Translations under genes and position numbers: made by a program
Part shown: positions 60,700-64,000 of the stretch, in pieces
Numbering within the stretch: position 1 is the first letter of the stretch
Layout of the letters: each line of letters starts with the position of its first letter
DNA from: Rikenella microfusus
GTDB taxonomy: Bacteria > Bacteroidota > Bacteroidia > Bacteroidales > Tenuifilaceae
Assembly: GCA_020722565.1 (NCBI GenBank)
Contig: DYKO01000010.1
Coordinates: 42,673 to 106,672 of the forward strand
DNA length: 64,000 nucleotides
Direction of reading: 5' to 3'
The notes under the pieces: generated by a model
The model's input: only the letters and a program-made list of their open reading frames with translations
Told to the model about the DNA's origin: nothing
Databases searched by the model: none

Positions 60700-61089
60700 C
60701 TATTTTGCCTTTATTTCCACAAGATTGAAGTCAACCTTATTAATTAAAGCCTTATAATCGTTCCCAGCAAAGTAAATATCCTCGTCGTCCTCCTCATAGT
60801 ACCAATTTATAGTAACCTTTTTACCCGTATCAATAGCCAACTTCTCAAACTTTTTCATGATATCGAAAATACGTTTCGAAGAACTAGTATTGAAGTACTC
60901 AAACCTCAAGTGTAGTATGGTTTCGGGTAAAGGACTTGCAGCATACTCATCAATCCAACGTAGAATGGGTTGGTAAAAATCAATAACATTTTCGGGAATA
61001 GAACGGCCTTCCATTTGGATTATTCCAGTATCGGGATCAAAGTTTATATATGGTGTAGTTGCCGTTTCTTTCAACTCATACTTTTGCAT
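60700..61089 (-). CDS. SiaC/DUF1987 family regulatory phosphoprotein
   Basis: 'TPYINFD...EGRSIPEN...FYQP', 'YFNTSSSK' and 'INWYYEEDDED'. Likely start 61089; the ORF track gives 61110. Confidence 0.87.
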   Translation of the reverse strand: MQKYELKETATTPYINFDPDTGIIQMEGRSIPENVIDFYQPILRWIDEYAASPLPETILHLRFEYFNTSSSKRIFDIMKKFEKLAIDTGKKVTINWYYEEDDEDIYFAGNDYKALINKVDFNLVEIKAK

Positions 61090-61134
61090 GACCACAAATA
61101 TTATGTACAAACAAATATGCTAAAAAAATTAATC

Positions 61135-61644
61135 CTATAAAAACTCTTGCAAAACCAAATACTCATCGCCATGTCCGTTTCGAACAATGGCATCCCAATA
61201 TCTATATGAAATAACAGCCTCCGCTCCGGTTTTTTTGCTCCGTATTTTTACCTTATGGGATTTTTCTTTCTCTACATCCTGCTCAATAAATTGAAAGGGA
61301 AGATTGAATATCGACTCAAAATCACTGCCAAGTTGATATACAGTTTCATCACCCTGCTCATAGTTCCATATTACATTAACCTGTGTTTTTTCCCCATGGA
61401 CCTCTTCAAGTTGGCGAAGTATTTCGCTGATATACTTGTTAGAACTGCTATTTGAGTATTCCAGAAAAATATTTAGTTGAGTAGATTTAGCTGGCTCTAT
61501 GCAATACTGCTCCAACCATTCCAGTATTGGTTGCCAAAAAGTAAAGGGATCTTCAGTAATTGAACGCCCAATTATTTCCAGTACGCCATTTTCTGAAAAA
61601 TTAATATACGGACAATCCTGCGTTCTTTCCTTTAAAATTCCCAT
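61135..61644 (-). CDS. SiaC/DUF1987 family protein with C-terminal extension
   Basis: 'PYINFS...GRSITED...FWQP', 'YSNSSSNK' and 'VIWNYEQGD', plus ~45 extra C-terminal residues. Confidence 0.8.
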   Translation of the reverse strand: MGILKERTQDCPYINFSENGVLEIIGRSITEDPFTFWQPILEWLEQYCIEPAKSTQLNIFLEYSNSSSNKYISEILRQLEEVHGEKTQVNVIWNYEQGDETVYQLGSDFESIFNLPFQFIEQDVEKEKSHKVKIRSKKTGAEAVISYRYWDAIVRNGHGDEYLVLQEFL

Positions 61645-61756
61645 TTATTTTGATAGAGTTAATATATATCTAACAACTTTCCCAAATGTATTAAAAAAAA
61701 TAGTGTAAAACAAATACTTTTTGATAAGGTACTAAAATTAGCTTACCTATCTACTA

Positions 61757-63199
61757 CTAATTTTGTTTAATAAATCGCAAAATGGTTTCAGTAGTAACCA
61801 AGCGAATGCCAAATACCAATACTACCGATATCAACAAAGCCGTTACAAATCCTTTTATAGTTGCTCCCAAAAATAAAGGTAATAGTAAAATTATGGTTAG
61901 TTGCGAAATGGCAAAAAATGTTAGTTTTACTAACTGTTTTATAACCAAGTTTATCCTGAGAATTTTAAACATGAAAAAGCCCTGAAGTGTAGCAGCTAAT
62001 AGGTTTGCAATTAGATTACAAACTGCTGCTCCTGTAATTCCAAATCGTGGTATTACATATAGCTGACCTAAAAAATTGACCACAACCACTGCGGCCGACA
62101 CCTTGCAAAGTAGCCAAATATTACCATGAGCCGTGAGAGATGTGCCAAAAAGGTACCCCAACGATACAAAAAAGAACGATCCCATTAATATCATTAATAT
62201 ATTTTGAGTTTCCTGAAGATGCTCCCTGTAAAGGAGCTCCACAATTGGCTTTGCAAATAAAACAGAAGATATGGATATTACTAAAACCGGAACCATCATT
62301 AGATGAAGCGAAAAATTGAAGAAATCGCTCAGATTCTCCTTTTTTCGCATCATACGCGAGTATATGGGTAACATCAATGAGGCAAATAGGTAGGGATACA
62401 TGTTGAATGCATCAAAGAGGCGGAATGCCTGAGCATAAATTCCTGCTGATACCGATCGTTCGGGCGTCAACCTTTCTATTAATACAGTATCGAGGCGACT
62501 GTAAAGTGTCATCAACAGTACCAAAATAGCAAAAGGCAATCCCCTTTTAAATAAGGTTAAAGCAATAAGTTTATCAAATTTGATGCTAAACCTTCCATTA
62601 TAATTTTTAATCAGTATTATAACCGCAACCAAAAGGGTTGCAGCATAAGCCGCTGTTTGACAAAATGCAAATACCTCTACAGTGAAATTGATGGGCAGGG
62701 ATCCCCAAAGAATAAAGTATAAAAAAATTATCAGTAACGCTTTATCGAGAATACTCAGAATACTATCGGCACGAAATAGGTGAAGACCGTTTAGATTTGA
62801 ACGAACAAACATCAAAAAAGTTGCAATAATCTGATTTACTACAAGCATCAGTAGAAGCTTCATGCTTCTGCTATCAAAATTCAGCACAAAAGCTAAACTA
62901 AAAGTAAATGCAAGATAAAAAAAGGTAAGAACTAATTTTATAATGGCGATATTAATAAATTGGCGCGATACCATTACGGGATGATAGCTAATCTCACGAT
63001 TATTAAAATTGGTAATACCCATATCGAGTATAAAATTTAGGAATAATGAGAAGTTGAACATGGTAAAAAAGATACCATACTCTCTTGCCCCTAATGCTAT
63101 TTGAACATTCCTGTCGATGCCAAAAATCCATAAGGGTTTCACAACGGCATTAATCAACAGAAGGAAAATAAGATTAGTAGCAAATAGCCTTTTCATCAA
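61757..63199 (-). CDS. Wzx/MOP-family polysaccharide flippase
   Basis: 480 aa with ~12-14 TM; 'LGAREYG', 'DMGITNFNNRE', 'RLDTVLI' and 'GIYAQAFRL'. Confidence 0.85.
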   Translation of the reverse strand: MMKRLFATNLIFLLLINAVVKPLWIFGIDRNVQIALGAREYGIFFTMFNFSLFLNFILDMGITNFNNREISYHPVMVSRQFINIAIIKLVLTFFYLAFTFSLAFVLNFDSRSMKLLLMLVVNQIIATFLMFVRSNLNGLHLFRADSILSILDKALLIIFLYFILWGSLPINFTVEVFAFCQTAAYAATLLVAVIILIKNYNGRFSIKFDKLIALTLFKRGLPFAILVLLMTLYSRLDTVLIERLTPERSVSAGIYAQAFRLFDAFNMYPYLFASLMLPIYSRMMRKKENLSDFFNFSLHLMMVPVLVISISSVLFAKPIVELLYREHLQETQNILMILMGSFFFVSLGYLFGTSLTAHGNIWLLCKVSAAVVVVNFLGQLYVIPRFGITGAAVCNLIANLLAATLQGFFMFKILRINLVIKQLVKLTFFAISQLTIILLLPLFLGATIKGFVTALLISVVLVFGIRLVTTETILRFIKQN

Positions 63200-63297
63200 A
63201 ACTCACTAGTAATTTTATTGCAATTTATAGGAAATTAAACTATACTAGGTTGTTTAAGTGCTAAAATCTCGATATTTGTTAAAATATTTTAATTATA

Positions 63298-63329
63298 TTT
63301 GCTGAAATGCATAATAGATATTATTTTTG
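63298..63329 (+). promoter_or_regulatory. Bacteroidota housekeeping promoter for tRNA-fMet
   Basis: TTTG (63298-63301), 20-nt spacer, TATTTTTG (63322-63329). Confidence 0.7.
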
Positions 63330-63345
63330 CACACGAAAACAGAAT

Positions 63346-63418
<73 letters not shown>

Positions 63419-63426
63419 CTAAATAT

Positions 63427-63457
63427 CCCCGCTACACGGCGGGGTTTTTGTTTTTTT
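63427..63457 (+). terminator. Intrinsic terminator after tRNA-fMet (duplicated at 63795-63827)
   Basis: ccccgc-tacacg-gcgggg-tttttg-T7; the second copy is identical but has T9. Confidence 0.75.
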
Positions 63458-63460
63458 GCC

Positions 63461-63709
63461 ATGTTTGCCGTTTACGCCATTTACTCCGACAAATACGATA
63501 AAATTTACATCCGCGCCTCCGCTAACCTTCAGGCTAGAATTGCTGCACATAACCACCCAAACAATAAGGGCTGGACCAAGCGTTTTCAGCCATGGAGGCT
63601 CGTTTACTCCGAATCATTCCCCACCAAAACCCAGGCGCTTGCGCGCGAAAAACAGCTCAAGCAGCACTGCGGCAAAGATTTTATTCGTTCCATTATACCC
63701 AATCCCTGA
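63461..63709 (+). CDS. Small stand-alone GIY-YIG nuclease family protein (YIG altered to YIR)
   Basis: 'VYAIYS...KIYIR...ARIAAHN...KGWTKRFQPWRLVYSE...ALAREKQLK' has the GIY-YIG layout with the Arg and Glu catalytic positions retained. Confidence 0.85.
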   Translation: MFAVYAIYSDKYDKIYIRASANLQARIAAHNHPNNKGWTKRFQPWRLVYSESFPTKTQALAREKQLKQHCGKDFIRSIIPNP

Positions 63710-63786
63710 GCTCCTTGGGCTCTTATCCGGCTTCGCCGGACGCAGGTTCGAGTTCCGGCTTCGCCGGACGGGCTCTGCCCCCGCTA
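63709..63786 (+). pseudogene. Degenerate tRNA-fMet fragment interrupted by palindromes
   Basis: 63709-63725 matches tRNA 63366-63382 at 15/17; 63741-63753 equals tRNA 63393-63405; 63775 onward equals the tRNA 3' end. Confidence 0.85.
63726..63770. repeat. Two identical 17-bp REP-like palindromes tccggcttcgccggacg
   Basis: Copies at 63726-63742 and 63754-63770; stem tccggc/gccgga with a TTC loop. Confidence 0.9.
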
Positions 63787-63830
63787 CTAAATATCCCCGC
63801 TACACGGCGGGGTTTTTGTTTTTTTTTGCC

Positions 63831-63995
63831 ATGTTTGCCGTTTACGCCATTTACTCCGACAAATACGATAAAATTTACATCGGCGTCTCCGCTATGCATT
63901 CTTCCACAAAAAAATTTCTTTCCGAATTACTAAATCATCTGCTTTATCTATTTTACAAACATCAGGAACTCACTAAACTTCAAATATCAAATTAA
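63831..63995 (+). pseudogene. Truncated second GIY-YIG copy
   Basis: MFAVYAIYSDKYDKIYIGVSA with intact YIG, then unrelated AT-rich sequence after 63894; stop at 63995. Confidence 0.8.
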
Positions 63996-64000
63996 TATCA

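Noticed and set aside
63456-63995. 179-aa ORF (and 63592..63933) across the repeat region
   Set aside because: It arises from reading through the pseudo-tRNA and palindromes out of frame. Only the last 54 aa correspond to the truncated GIY-YIG copy.

Overview
This is a 64-kb chromosomal window from a Bacteroidota bacterium, most likely an anaerobic member of Bacteroidales. That placement rests on TTTG-N20-TAnnTTTG promoters, a fused lpxC/fabZ, ruvA-sprA-gcvH and tatD-tRNA(Ser)-exbB synteny, an S46 peptidase and a class II RNR. Most of the window is core genome: ExbB/ExbD, thiL, gcvH, the T9SS translocon sprA, ruvA, pdxA, mqnC, rimP-nusA-infB, rnhB, dpp7, nrdJ, waaA, lpxA/C/D, a flippase and two tRNAs. 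No rRNA, CRISPR array, intact transposase or integrase was found. Four regions are not explained by routine annotation. (1) At 63346-63995 a tandem unit made of the 3' two-thirds of tRNA-fMet, a terminator and a small GIY-YIG gene has been duplicated; in the second copy the tRNA part is interrupted by two identical 17-bp palindromes. (2) At 36-6184 a six-gene operon of uncharacterised exported proteins appears to combine LPP20/FlgT/CsgG-like folds with a small outer-membrane barrel. (3) One SiaB kinase and four SiaC paralogues sit in two clusters with no SiaA or SiaD nearby. (4) An ECF sigma/FecR/TonB-transducer locus has a second FecR, an opposite-strand MaoC-like gene and an adjacent methyltransferase pseudogene. 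All family assignments come from motif recognition by eye; no database searches were run.
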